Counted from the first letter of the stretch, positions 51,381 to 61,387 are shown. The stretch: 64,000 nucleotides of DNA from an uncultured bacterium (GCA_963822585.1 CAWGIE010000035.1:192001-256000), one strand, 5' to 3'. Notes: generated by a model from the letters alone, not told the origin. Numbers and translations are program-made.

Positions 51381-52188
51381 CCATCCCTGGGCGGTTCTGC
51401 CGGTTTTTCTCTTGCTCTTCCCGGCCGGCTGGCTGGTTGGCTGTGCTTCGATACCGCGGGAAAGTCCTCCGGCCCTGGTGGGGATGGAGGTGGAGACGCT
51501 CACCGATTCGCCGGATCCCGCCGAGATGGCGCGGATCGGGGCCCGGTATGTCTCCTACGCGGCCCCCCGGGAGAAGCAGCTGGCCGCTTTCAAGCTCATC
51601 CAGCGGGCCTACCTGATGGATCGTAGCAGCCGGGAAACGGCGCTCCTGCTCGCCCGCAGCGCCCTGCTGCTCAGCGGACTGATGACCGATCAGGAAAGAA
51701 AAATGGAGGTGGTCCGGAAGGGATATGAGGCCGCGGCCATGGCGGGAGGGGAGGGGGATGAACCGGAAGCGGCCTATTACTTCGGCACCCTCCTCGGTCT
51801 TCTGATAGAGGAAGAAGGCCTCTCCGCCGCCGGCGAGGTGCCCCGGTTCGAAGAGGCCCTGGAAAGAGCGATGAAACAGCCGGAGACGGATCGGGGAGGA
51901 CCGGTCCGGGTCCTGGGGATGCTCTATCTCCGGGCGCCGGCCTGGCCCGCCGGGGCGGGCGATCTGGAGAAGGCTCTCGAGTATCTCCAGCGGGCCGCCG
52001 AGGAATTTCCCGGCCATCCGGAGAACCACCTTTTTTACGCCTACGCCCTGGCCGAGGACGATCGTTCCCCGGAAGCGCTCAAAGAGTTGAACAGCGCCCG
52101 GGCCGCACTCTCGGCCGGAGAATGGGGCGATTACGCCCCCCGCTGGCGGGAAGAGATAGAAAAGTTTCGGGAAGAATTAGATCATTAG
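51364..52188 (+). CDS. TPR lipoprotein (TatT-like)
   Basis: LVGC lipobox; GGPVRVLGMLYLRAP..GDLEKALEYL..PENHLFYA. Confidence 0.7.
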   Translation: MKEANNHPWAVLPVFLLLFPAGWLVGCASIPRESPPALVGMEVETLTDSPDPAEMARIGARYVSYAAPREKQLAAFKLIQRAYLMDRSSRETALLLARSALLLSGLMTDQERKMEVVRKGYEAAAMAGGEGDEPEAAYYFGTLLGLLIEEEGLSAAGEVPRFEEALERAMKQPETDRGGPVRVLGMLYLRAPAWPAGAGDLEKALEYLQRAAEEFPGHPENHLFYAYALAEDDRSPEALKELNSARAALSAGEWGDYAPRWREEIEKFREELDH

Positions 52189-52239
52189 ATTTTCGGTGAG
52201 AAGATATTTTGAAGATGGTACCTGGATCAACGATGTGAT

Positions 52240-52340
52240 TAACCACGAAGGACACGAAGAACACGAAGATTCTTTAAAAAATAACCTGAATTTTGTTTTT
52301 GTTCAATTAACCTTCGTGTTCTTCGTGTCCTTCGTGGTTT
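52240..52340. repeat. Empty inverted element, ACCACGAAGGACACGAAG variant
   Basis: aaccacgaaggacacgaagaacacgaag ... cttcgtgttcttcgtgtccttcgtggtt. Confidence 0.85.
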
Positions 52341-52459
52341 CAATAAGTTTCACTTGATGAAATTCGTTTCCCGAACAGGATTTAATCAATTCGGTCTCGC
52401 CGGTGAGCCTTGAAATCTCCGCTTGGCGATTCGAGAATCAAGAAAGAGAGGAATACCGG

Positions 52460-53188
52460 ATGAAGATCAACCGGAAGATACGGGGCAAGGCAGTCTTCCT
52501 GCTCCTGGCGGTGCTGGTCCCGGCCTGCGGGGAAAAGCCGCCGACCGGTCCCGCCAGGGATTACCGCCGGGGCCGGGAGCTGATGGTGGCCCAGCTGCGG
52601 CAGTACGGGATCAGCGACGAGAAGGTCCTGGCCGCCCTGGGCAAAGTCCCCCGGCATCTCTTCATCCCGGAGAAGTACCGGGATACCTATGACCCGTACG
52701 GAGACTACCCGGGCCCGATCGGATACGGGCAGACGATCTCCCAGCCCTATATCGTTGCTTATATGACCGAGCGGCTCGACGTTAAGCCGGGGGAGAAGAT
52801 CCTGGAGATCGGGACCGGATCCGGCTACCAGGCCGCGATCCTGGCCGAGCTGGGCGCCGAGGTCTATACGATCGAGATTGTGCCCGAGCTGGCCGCGCAC
52901 GCGAAAAAGGTGCTGGCCGAACAGGGCTATCCATCGGTGCATGTCCGGGCCGGCGACGGCTACCAAGGATGGCCCGAGCAGGCTCCTTTCGACGCGATCA
53001 TTGTCACCTGCGCCCCGGACCAGATCCCCCCGGCCCTGGTCGAGGAGCTGAAAGAGGGTGGACGGATGATCCTTCCCCTGGGCGAGTGGTCCCAGCGGTT
53101 GGTTATCTGCCGCAAAAAAGGAGGGAAGATCGAAGTGGAAGAAGACCTCCCGGTCCGTTTCGTCCCCATGGTCCACGGGGAGGAGTGA
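52460..53188 (+). CDS. pcm: Protein-L-isoaspartate O-methyltransferase
   Basis: VPRHLF, GQTISQPYIVA, LEIGTGSGYQAA, GDGYQGW..APFD and VRFVPM motifs. Confidence 0.95.
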   Translation: MKINRKIRGKAVFLLLAVLVPACGEKPPTGPARDYRRGRELMVAQLRQYGISDEKVLAALGKVPRHLFIPEKYRDTYDPYGDYPGPIGYGQTISQPYIVAYMTERLDVKPGEKILEIGTGSGYQAAILAELGAEVYTIEIVPELAAHAKKVLAEQGYPSVHVRAGDGYQGWPEQAPFDAIIVTCAPDQIPPALVEELKEGGRMILPLGEWSQRLVICRKKGGKIEVEEDLPVRFVPMVHGEE

Positions 53189-53233
53189 GACACTTGTGAC
53201 CGACTGGCGTTGTACGGCTAGTAATCAAGTGAT

Positions 53234-53395
53234 CCACCACGAAGGACACGAAGAACACGAAGTGGGATGAGGAACCGTCAGCCGAATCGATGGGTTCTCT
53301 GCAAGGAGCAGGAGTTTTAGGAATATTTGAATGTAGGTTGGCTTAACGGTGCAACTTTTATTTATTCTTCGTGACCTTCGTGCTCTTCGTGGTTT
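53234..53395. repeat. Empty inverted element, ACCACGAAGGACACGAAG variant
   Basis: ccaccacgaaggacacgaagaacacgaag ... ttcttcgtgaccttcgtgctcttcgtggttt. Confidence 0.85.
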
Positions 53396-53446
53396 ATCTT
53401 ATTGTCATTTTAAAAATATAGGGATTAGCAACAAGGAGGATACGTA

Positions 53447-53824
53447 ATGGCTTTAACTGTTTCCGTCACCGAGAAAGAACCCGGTGTCTTCGTCGTTTCG
53501 CCGGTCGGCTCGATCGACACGGCCACCGCTCCTATCCTGGGCAAGGAAGTGGCCGCTCTGCTTACCCGCTCCCCACGGCTCATTATCTTCGACATGGCGG
53601 GGGTGGACTACATCAGCAGCATGGGGGTGCGCGAGGTGATCAAGACCAAGAAGGGCCTCGCCGCCCGGGAGGGGAGGTTCGCCATGGTCAATGTCTCTCC
53701 CTCCATCCAGAGGGTTTTCGAGATCATCAACGCGCTCCCTCCCCAGGAGATCTTCGAGAGCATCGTCGAGCTCGACGATTACCTGGCCGCGATGCAGAAG
53801 AAAGTCCGCCAGGGTGAAGAGTAG
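53447..53824 (+). CDS. STAS anti-sigma-factor antagonist
   Basis: GSIDTATAP and DMAGVDYISSMG motifs; RBS aaggagga. Confidence 0.9.
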   Translation: MALTVSVTEKEPGVFVVSPVGSIDTATAPILGKEVAALLTRSPRLIIFDMAGVDYISSMGVREVIKTKKGLAAREGRFAMVNVSPSIQRVFEIINALPPQEIFESIVELDDYLAAMQKKVRQGEE

Positions 53825-53878
53825 CCAAATCGATCCGTGCCCGCCGCGGCCGGGATCGAAAGCCGGAGACAAGTTTTC

Positions 53879-54502
53879 ATGCGAGAGAATACACCGGTCA
53901 GCATAGAAGTCGTCAGGGACGGCCCGTATGTCGTCCGGAACCTGGACAGATTGATTGATTCGGGCGGGCGGGAACTCCCGGTCAAACCCGTTCTCTGTCT
54001 CTGCCGCTGCGACAAGACCGCCGATCCCCCCTTCTGTGACGGCTCCCACGTCAGGATCGCTCCCGGCTGGAGCCGGCCTCCGGCGGAGGATAAAAACCGG
54101 ACCGTGAGTTACCGGGGCCCGGGGATCATCATCCATGACAACCGGGGGATCTGCTCTCACGACGGGGCGTGTTTCAAGAACCTCCCGGACGTCTTCCGGC
54201 CCCGGGAATGGAAATGGATCAAGGCCGGGAACGCCCCCCGGGAGAAGATAATCGAAACGATCAGGAAATGTCCGTCCGGGGCTTTGAGCTATTCCGTCGA
54301 GAAGAAGCGATATACCGATTGGGGAGGGCGTCCGGCGATCGTGATCGATCAACGGGGGCCTTTAAATGTACAGGGGCGGATACGACTGACCGGTGAAGAT
54401 TGCCGCCGTCCGGAGACCGAAGATCATTATTCCCTCTGTACCTGCGGCGAATCGAAGAACAAGCCCTTCTGCGACGGGACTCATCTGCCCTGGTCGGATT
54501 AA
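53879..54502 (+). CDS. CDGSH iron-sulfur protein with a central Fer4_19-like domain
   Basis: LCRCDKTADPPFCDGSH, CSHDGAC...CPSGAL and LCTCGESKNKPFCDGTH motifs. Confidence 0.9.
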   Translation: MRENTPVSIEVVRDGPYVVRNLDRLIDSGGRELPVKPVLCLCRCDKTADPPFCDGSHVRIAPGWSRPPAEDKNRTVSYRGPGIIIHDNRGICSHDGACFKNLPDVFRPREWKWIKAGNAPREKIIETIRKCPSGALSYSVEKKRYTDWGGRPAIVIDQRGPLNVQGRIRLTGEDCRRPETEDHYSLCTCGESKNKPFCDGTHLPWSD

Positions 54503-54513
54503 CCGGGCCGGAC

Positions 54514-55665
54514 CTATTTCTGGAGAAGGGTGGGGGGGAAACCGGCGGAAACGTCTTTCTTGCTTCTCCGGCCGAGCCAGAAGAAAAAGGCGGCCTGGAT
54601 GAGAAAGATCAGGAGATAAAGAATCGTAGTCCAAAATCCGGGGCCAGCTCCTTCTTTCAACTCTTCCTCCTCTCCATCCCCGTTCTCGGGAACCGGTTCC
54701 TCCTCCGGGGCCGGAACAAAGGCGGTTTTCAAGCCGGCGGGGGCCTTCCGTATCTCCTTGGCGGCGGCCGCCTTCACGCCACCGGGCGGGGAGGGGAGGG
54801 ATGAAAAAGCCTGGGCCAGCATTTCCCGCGCGGCCTTATTACGGTCCTCCTTCTGTTTCGATCCCATGACGACCGCGATCAGCCGGAGGCCGTCCCGCTC
54901 GGAGGTGGCCGCGATCGAATAGCCGCCGGCCCGGAAATAACCGGTCTTCAGCCCGTCGCACCCCTCGAAACTCTCCGGGGCCGCACCGCTTGCCAGAAGC
55001 GGATTGTGACTCCTCATCTCGAAAGAGCCGTCGCGGAAATTCCGGACCGGGGTGGAAGTGTATTGGAGGATCGCGGGGTGTTTTAAAAGTTCCCGGCTGA
55101 GAATGGCGATGTCCCGCGGCGTGCTCAGGTCCGGTTTCTGCCCCCGGCCCGGGGGGAGGCCGTGAACGGAATGGAATTCGGTGTCTTTCATGCCCAGCTC
55201 GCGCGCCTTCTCCTGCATCATCTCCACGAATCCATCTTTGGATCCGGCTACGTGGACGGCCAGGGCGACGGCGGCGTCATTGGCGGACTGGATGATAAGG
55301 GCGTAGAGGAGATCCTCGACGGAGAATATCTCATTCTCTTTCAGGTAGACCTGGGAACCGCCCATCCGGGCGGCTTCCGCCGTGCAGACCACCTGGTCGT
55401 CAAGTTTCAGAGTCCCCTCCTCGATTTTTTCCTGAATGATGAGGAGCATCATCAGCTTGACGATGCTGGCCGGGTAGCAGACGGCTTCGGCGTTTTTATC
55501 GATCACCGTCTCGCCGGTATCCGCCCGGACAACGATCGCGCCCCGGTAGGGCGAGCCGGTCCGGCTCTCTATCCCCGCCCGGGCGGCGTTCCCTCCGGCG
55601 GGAAGGGAGAGCGTTCCGACGGCTATCGCCAGGATGAAGGCAATTGTAAGGTTCTTTCGTGTCAT
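54514..55665 (-). CDS. D-alanyl-D-alanine carboxypeptidase (peptidase S11)
   Basis: PASIVK (SxxK), SAND, HGL and LKTGY motifs; signal peptide and C-terminal TM anchor. Confidence 0.92.
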   Translation of the reverse strand: MTRKNLTIAFILAIAVGTLSLPAGGNAARAGIESRTGSPYRGAIVVRADTGETVIDKNAEAVCYPASIVKLMMLLIIQEKIEEGTLKLDDQVVCTAEAARMGGSQVYLKENEIFSVEDLLYALIIQSANDAAVALAVHVAGSKDGFVEMMQEKARELGMKDTEFHSVHGLPPGRGQKPDLSTPRDIAILSRELLKHPAILQYTSTPVRNFRDGSFEMRSHNPLLASGAAPESFEGCDGLKTGYFRAGGYSIAATSERDGLRLIAVVMGSKQKEDRNKAAREMLAQAFSSLPSPPGGVKAAAAKEIRKAPAGLKTAFVPAPEEEPVPENGDGEEEELKEGAGPGFWTTILYLLIFLIQAAFFFWLGRRSKKDVSAGFPPTLLQK

Positions 55666-55676
55666 CTTGTTCGCAT

Positions 55677-56168
55677 TTATTTTGATTGCTTCATTTTTTC
55701 GCTGAGAAACAACCTATCCAACTTATCCTTCTCTCTATCGGCCTGTTTCATCTTCCATAACAGTTCAATACTGGCAAACGGAATAAGAACTCCCTTTATC
55801 TCTACCTTTACTATTGAATCTTTTGCTTCATTATAAGTTATCCCACAAGCTGATTTCATCAGATCTATGATTATCTCATCGGCTACTCTTACCACGGAAT
55901 ATTCCTCGATATCTCTTTCTCTCAATTCCTCTATCGCTTTATCCGGCAGGAATAATAATGATTCTTTTAATTTATTCACATTTTCAATAGAAGCATCAAC
56001 CAATAAATCTATATCTTCCGTAGCACGGACATAACCATGCTGAATTATGGCCATCCCCCCCACTACAATATATTTAACGCCCTCTTCATTGAGATTTCTG
56101 CATAACTCCAGCAGATCGGCTAAAATCGGCGGCCGTGATTCTAACGGCTCATTATCTTTCTGGACCAT
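55677..56168 (-). CDS. Nucleotidyltransferase-fold protein (DUF6036-like)
   Basis: YIVVGGMA..HGYVRATEDIDL and K...REKDKLD motifs; AT-rich. Confidence 0.8.
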   Translation of the reverse strand: MVQKDNEPLESRPPILADLLELCRNLNEEGVKYIVVGGMAIIQHGYVRATEDIDLLVDASIENVNKLKESLLFLPDKAIEELRERDIEEYSVVRVADEIIIDLMKSACGITYNEAKDSIVKVEIKGVLIPFASIELLWKMKQADREKDKLDRLFLSEKMKQSK

Positions 56169-56323
56169 TCTTCTTTCTCCTCAAAAGTCTTGAATTTGAA
56201 TAATCCTCTCGGATGAAACGGCTTGTCCCCCCGTAAACCGATCACCAGTTTAAATAAATTATTACTTTTTTCGAGGCCGCCAGTATTTATCTTCCGGGTT
56301 CCGATTGTCTTTTGCGTTCTCAT
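56141..56323 (-). CDS. Small partner protein of the nucleotidyltransferase
   Basis: PRGLFKFKTFEEKEEW; overlaps the NTase start. Confidence 0.6.
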   Translation of the reverse strand: MRTQKTIGTRKINTGGLEKSNNLFKLVIGLRGDKPFHPRGLFKFKTFEEKEEWSRKIMSR

Positions 56324-56329
56324 CTATAA

Positions 56330-56743
56330 TTATTTAACCAGACTGGAGAGAAGTTCAATAGGGTCGAGTGCTTTAATGGCTGCTTGCCGGAAATCCCCGG
56401 TATTGCGGGTGACGATAGCATCGGCTCCAACCAGCCCTCCCGCATGAGCCAGGACTGCGTCCTCGAAGTTGGCTATTTTGCTCTGCAGAGCTTCTTCAAT
56501 CACCGCTCGATTTACCGCGGCGATTTCGAAAAGTTCAAGCAACCGGTGCAACGCCCCACGAGCTTCTGCCCGCGAAAAGGATTGGCTCAGGAGGTAATCA
56601 ACAGTGGTGATCGTTGTGGCGCACAAAAATGCATCAATCTCAGATTGTTCGACCAGGCTGAAGACGCCGGCCGCGGCCGTGACGAACGGTTTCCGGGCCA
56701 GGAAGACGTCCAAGACGACAGTGGTGTCGACAATTATCTTCAG
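56330..56743 (-). CDS. PIN-domain (VapC-like) toxin
   Basis: KIIVDTTVVLDV, NFEDAV and IVTRNTGDF motifs; apparent CTG start overlapping the antitoxin stop. Confidence 0.88.
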   Translation of the reverse strand: MKIIVDTTVVLDVFLARKPFVTAAAGVFSLVEQSEIDAFLCATTITTVDYLLSQSFSRAEARGALHRLLELFEIAAVNRAVIEEALQSKIANFEDAVLAHAGGLVGADAIVTRNTGDFRQAAIKALDPIELLSSLVK

Positions 56744-56979
56744 AGATATCTCTCCCGGAGGTACTTCTTATAGTCGGATTCAGATATGCGGCGACCTTTC
56801 AGCAGGCCGACCAGCGAGGCCGTGACCGGAGGCAGCTTTTGTTCGATCGTTCCTGCTTTCCCCAAGGAGTCAATAAATTCCCCCACCATCTGAGAGACTG
56901 ATTTACCGCGACGTTTTGCTTCGGATTTGGCTCGAAGTACCAAATCTTCATCCATGCGCAAGGTCAGCTTTGTATTCAT
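56740..56979 (-). CDS. DUF6364-type RHH antitoxin
   Basis: MNTKLTLRMDEDLV..AK..GKSVSQMV and YKKYLRERYL. Confidence 0.85.
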   Translation of the reverse strand: MNTKLTLRMDEDLVLRAKSEAKRRGKSVSQMVGEFIDSLGKAGTIEQKLPPVTASLVGLLKGRRISESDYKKYLRERYL

Positions 56980-56986
56980 GGCGTAC

Positions 56987-57015
56987 AACATATCTCGGAG
57001 TATACGTCTTGTCAA
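56987..57015 (-). promoter_or_regulatory. Promoter for a probably leaderless TA transcript
   Basis: TTGACA-17 bp-TATGTT, 7 nt before the ATG. Confidence 0.6.
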
Positions 57016-57291
57016 TCTGCTTTTTAGGGATTTTTACACCCGGATTATGCAGGGGATTCATGATGTCGGTCTGCCGGAGGGCCCGCGTCAATCAATCGGT
57101 TTAAGAAAGACATCGGTCGCTAGTGCCGCGCCGAAATAGCAGACCCCGGCCGACCATGCGAACATATACAGCCGAATTTAAGAATAGAAAAATGTGCCTC
57201 GACACCGTTCTCCCGGCCCGGCCAATATGCCGGATATCGGCTGGATCAAACCGCGGGATCGTGGTATGGTAGGGCGTGATTGCGATAGAAC

Positions 57292-57639
57292 ATGAATAGG
57301 CGCGCACATTCCGAGAAGAGGAGAAAACCACTCCGCCCCGCACGGAGTTATTCGCTCGCCCGGCACCATGCCTGGGGAGGGCTGGCCCTCCTCTCGGTCC
57401 TGTGGGCCCTCCGGCTGCTCTTCCCCGGAATCCCGGACGCGATCTGGGCCCCGATCGCGGCCTGCCTGGTGATCTATATCCTGATCTGGCTCTTCTTGAC
57501 CTATCGGTCCCGGGGCAGCCTGAGAGAGAAGGAGACGATTCCCCCACCCAACGGAGGACCTTCCACCGGGAGCGGGTATAAACTCGAGAAAAAGAGGCTG
57601 AAAGCCGCGGCCAAGGCGGATAAGAAGAGGGATCAATAG
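57292..57639 (+). CDS. Hypothetical membrane protein (2 TM)
   Basis: Two hydrophobic segments and a basic C-terminus. Confidence 0.55.
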   Translation: MNRRAHSEKRRKPLRPARSYSLARHHAWGGLALLSVLWALRLLFPGIPDAIWAPIAACLVIYILIWLFLTYRSRGSLREKETIPPPNGGPSTGSGYKLEKKRLKAAAKADKKRDQ

Positions 57640-57752
57640 ATGAACCGCAGAGGCGTGAAGTGTTAAATTACTATTTGGGGATTTCACTATACATTAATAG
57701 ATTCGAATAGACTAATTTCTAATTACGATAAGTGGTTAAGGTAAAAAGTCCC

Positions 57753-59783
57753 GTGTCTAAGCTGCTTAAATGGATTCCGGTGCTGGTCTTTGCCGCCGCG
57801 TTCACGACCTATCTTCTTACCCTGACGCCGACGGTGGATTTTATCGACAGCGGTGAGCTGGCGGCGGTCGCCTCCACCCTGGGGATCGCCCACCCGACCG
57901 GCTATCCTCTCTTCACGCTGATCGGCCACCTTTTTTCCCGTCTTCCCGTCGCCCCCACCGTCATCGCCCGGTTGAATATCATGAGCGCTCTCTTCGCCGC
58001 GCTGGGCGCCGGCGCCTTTACCCTGCTCATCAGGACCGTTCTCCGGGTGACGGCGGAGATTCGGGAGAAGGCCGGCCGGCCGCTTGTCGGGCGAAGGAAA
58101 GGGAAGAGGGCCGAAAGGGAGGGGAAAGGCCGCGGCCTCCGGTCGCCGGATACGCCGTTTCGCCCGGAGCTGGAATGGCTGGCAGGGGGTACCGCCGGCC
58201 TCCTGCTCTGCTGGGCCTCCGTCTTCTGGGAAACCGGGACGACGTTTGAGGTCTATTCCCTCCACGCGCTCTTCGGCATCCTGCTCATTTACCTGGCGGT
58301 CCGATACGCCGCCGAAGAAAAGCCGCCCCGGGAGACGCGGCTGGGCCTGCTCTTTTTCTTCGTCCTCGGGCTGAGCCTGGCCAATCACCTCACCACCGGC
58401 CTGTTTTTCCCCGCCTTCATCCTGCTGCTGGGGGCGAAATATATATCCCGCAAAACCTCGCCGGTTCGGATCGTCCTGCTGATGCTGCCGGCCCTGATCG
58501 GCTTCCTGTTCTATCTCTATCTCCCGATCCGGGCCGCCGGCCACCCGCGCGTCATGTGGGGGGAGCCGTCGACTCTCTCGGCCTTGTGGGACAACTTCAC
58601 GGTCGCCGACTTCAGGTCGCGTCTCTTCTCTCACCAGTCGGAAGGCGAGACACTCCTTGATTTTTTTATCCGTTTTCCCGCCCGGACGGGATTTCTGGCC
58701 GTTCCGCTGATTCTCTGGGGGATGAGGGTTCTCTATCGCCGGTCGAAAAAGTATTTCCTTTTTGTCCTGGCCATCTTTATTCCCTCCGTTCTTTATGCCG
58801 CGACCTACAACGTGGGGGACAACATCTTTTATTTCACCCCCGCTTATATTTCTCTCCTGATCTACGCCGGGGCGGGAGCCTACGGTTTTTACCGGGCGAT
58901 CTGCCGCTCCCCCCGGGCCCGGAGGCTGATACCGGTCCTGATGATGATTCTGGCGCTCCCGGCGCTGTTTTTGAATTACCGGAAGGTCGATCAGAGCAAT
59001 AATTATTTCGTGGAGGATTTTGTTCACAACATGTTCAGCGCCATCGAGCCCAACGCTATTCTCTTCGCGCTCGATTGCCAGATCCTGATTCATCCGCTCT
59101 ATTATTACCAGAACGTCGAAGGCTTTCGTGACGATGTCCTGGTGCTCCCCAACCATGCTCTCCAGAAGGGATGGTTTGCCAACCGGCTGCGGGATCATTA
59201 CCCGCGGGTATACCAAAGATCGGCCGGAGCGATCGAAGACTATCGGATGTATCTGGAACGCTTTAATAAAGGGGAGGTGCGCGACGCCCGCGAACTCGAC
59301 CGGAGGTATTATCGGATGCTCGACAGCATTATCGAACAGAACTATGACCGCCGGCCGATTTATATCACCTCGGAATTCAACCCCGATCAGAATCCCGCTT
59401 TTCATCCCGGCTATTATCGTATCCCCGAGGGACTCTGTTGGCGGCTCTATCGCAAAGGAGATCCGGTCCGGGAATTCCCCTACCGGGAGTTTGCCTATCG
59501 GGAATTGGGGTATCCCCATAAAGACGCCGACGCCATCCGCCACGCGTATATGTATATGTTGAACGAACGGGCCAAGTACGAAGCATTTCGCGGAAATTTT
59601 CAAACGGCACTGCGCTGGAACGATCAGGCGCTCCGGGTTTATCCCGGCAAGGAGATGCTCTCCGATCGCTATAACGGGACCTGGGTGGTCCCGAACCGGT
59701 TCCGGGAGGTGACCAGGACTCGTGAAGAGATCTTGAAGAAGGCGAAGGAACAAGGGAAAGTAATCAGTCCCGCAAAACTCTGA
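57753..59783 (+). CDS. DUF2723 / TMEM260-like GT-C membrane glycosyltransferase
   Basis: DSGELAAVASTLGIAHPTGYPLF, EVYSLH, LANHLT and YLYLPIRA motifs. Confidence 0.9.
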   Translation: MSKLLKWIPVLVFAAAFTTYLLTLTPTVDFIDSGELAAVASTLGIAHPTGYPLFTLIGHLFSRLPVAPTVIARLNIMSALFAALGAGAFTLLIRTVLRVTAEIREKAGRPLVGRRKGKRAEREGKGRGLRSPDTPFRPELEWLAGGTAGLLLCWASVFWETGTTFEVYSLHALFGILLIYLAVRYAAEEKPPRETRLGLLFFFVLGLSLANHLTTGLFFPAFILLLGAKYISRKTSPVRIVLLMLPALIGFLFYLYLPIRAAGHPRVMWGEPSTLSALWDNFTVADFRSRLFSHQSEGETLLDFFIRFPARTGFLAVPLILWGMRVLYRRSKKYFLFVLAIFIPSVLYAATYNVGDNIFYFTPAYISLLIYAGAGAYGFYRAICRSPRARRLIPVLMMILALPALFLNYRKVDQSNNYFVEDFVHNMFSAIEPNAILFALDCQILIHPLYYYQNVEGFRDDVLVLPNHALQKGWFANRLRDHYPRVYQRSAGAIEDYRMYLERFNKGEVRDARELDRRYYRMLDSIIEQNYDRRPIYITSEFNPDQNPAFHPGYYRIPEGLCWRLYRKGDPVREFPYREFAYRELGYPHKDADAIRHAYMYMLNERAKYEAFRGNFQTALRWNDQALRVYPGKEMLSDRYNGTWVVPNRFREVTRTREEILKKAKEQGKVISPAKL

Positions 59784-59817
59784 CTTCGTCAGAGTCGCGG
59801 GATCTTCGCTTCGCTCC

Positions 59818-59944
59818 GATAATCGGTGATCAGTAATCAGTTTGGCCACGGCCGGCAGGCACTGATCACCGATCACCGATTACTGATTACTGATTACTGA
59901 TTACCGATTACCGATTACCGATTACCGATTACCGATCACCGATT
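59818..59944. repeat. Family G heptamer element (TAATCRG ... CYGATTA)
   Basis: ctgattactgattaccgattacc runs; also at about 11472-11503 and 63800-63866. Confidence 0.8.
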
Positions 59945-59983
59945 GTTGTCGCAATCATAATCCATAGGGAGGAAAAATACCTC

Positions 59984-61387
59984 ATGGCTACCGTAACTTT
60001 TTTGGGCGCATCCGGGGGCGTGACCGGGTCCCGCTTCCTGGTCCGGAGCGAGAAAAGCAGTGTGCTGGTCGATTGCGGACTGTTCCAGGAACGGGAATTC
60101 CGTTCCCGGAACTGGGATGCCTTTCCGGTGCCGCCGCGGGAGATAGAGGCCGTGGTCCTGACCCATGCCCATATCGATCATTGCGGCTATCTTCCGAAAC
60201 TGGTTCGGGAAGGATTCGGGGGCCCCGTATTCTGTACACCGCCGACCGCGGAAGTGGCGCGGGTGACCCTCCTCGATTCGGCCAAGCTGCAGGAAGAAGA
60301 CGCCGCCTATAAGAAACGCCGGCACGAAAAAGAAAAGAGGGAAAGCCCCTATCCCCCGGTCCCTCTCTATACGGTGAAAGACGCCGAAGCGGTCATGCCT
60401 CTTCTCCGGACCGCCCCCTATGAAGAGCCGGTCGAGGTCGCCCCGGGGGTATCGGTTTTGTTCCGGGACGCCGGCCATATCATCGGCTCCTCCATCGTGG
60501 AACTCCGGTTGCGGGATGGAGGCAGCCAGAAAAGACTGGTCTTTTCCGGAGATCTCGGCCGGAAGCACAACCCACTCCTGCATGACCCCGCAGTCGTGGA
60601 AGGAGCGGACTATCTTTTCCTGGAATCCACCTATGGAGATCGTAACCATGAGAGCCGATCCGAAGCGATCGGTACCCTGCAGAGAGTCATCGTGGAGACC
60701 GCCGGCCGGGGCGGGAAGGTGATTATCCCCACCTTTGCCGTCGAGCGCGCCCAGGAGCTGCTTTATTTTATCAAGCGCCTGACGGCGGAGGGGAAAATTC
60801 CTTCCCTGGCCGTGTTCGTTGACAGCCCGATGGCGATCGACATCACCAAGATTTACCGGGCTTTCCCCGAGTATCTCGATCGGGAGGACCTTTCCGGCAT
60901 CCGGCCCGGCGAGTCGCCTTTCTCCTTTCCGGGGCTGAAGATGACCCGGTCAACCGAAGACTCGAAGGCCATCAACCGTCACCCGGGGAGCGCCATTATC
61001 ATGGCCGGGTCGGGAATGTGCACCGGGGGAAGGATCAAGCATCACCTGGTCCAGAACATCTCCCGGCCGGAGAGCGCCATTCTTTTTGTCGGTTATCAGG
61101 CCCGGGGGACGCTGGGGCGGATCATCCTGGATCGTCCTTCGGAGGTGCGTATCCTGGGAGATCAGCATCCGGTCCGGGCCCGGATCGAACAGATTAACGG
61201 GTTCTCCGCCCACGCCGATAAGGACGAACTGCTGGAGTGGCTTTCAGGGTTTACGACCCCGCCGCGGAAGCTCTTTGTTATCCACGGAGAAGAACAATCT
61301 TCTCAAGCCCTGGCCGCGGCCGTCCGGGAGAGGTTCGGATGGGAGACGGTGGTGCCGGAGTACCTGGAGACGTATTCTTTAAGATAG
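59984..61387 (+). CDS. MBL-fold beta-CASP nuclease (YSH1-like)
   Basis: VTGSR, LTHAHIDHCG, AGHIIGS, SGDLG, ESTYG and FSAHAD motifs. Confidence 0.93.
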   Translation: MATVTFLGASGGVTGSRFLVRSEKSSVLVDCGLFQEREFRSRNWDAFPVPPREIEAVVLTHAHIDHCGYLPKLVREGFGGPVFCTPPTAEVARVTLLDSAKLQEEDAAYKKRRHEKEKRESPYPPVPLYTVKDAEAVMPLLRTAPYEEPVEVAPGVSVLFRDAGHIIGSSIVELRLRDGGSQKRLVFSGDLGRKHNPLLHDPAVVEGADYLFLESTYGDRNHESRSEAIGTLQRVIVETAGRGGKVIIPTFAVERAQELLYFIKRLTAEGKIPSLAVFVDSPMAIDITKIYRAFPEYLDREDLSGIRPGESPFSFPGLKMTRSTEDSKAINRHPGSAIIMAGSGMCTGGRIKHHLVQNISRPESAILFVGYQARGTLGRIILDRPSEVRILGDQHPVRARIEQINGFSAHADKDELLEWLSGFTTPPRKLFVIHGEEQSSQALAAAVRERFGWETVVPEYLETYSLR

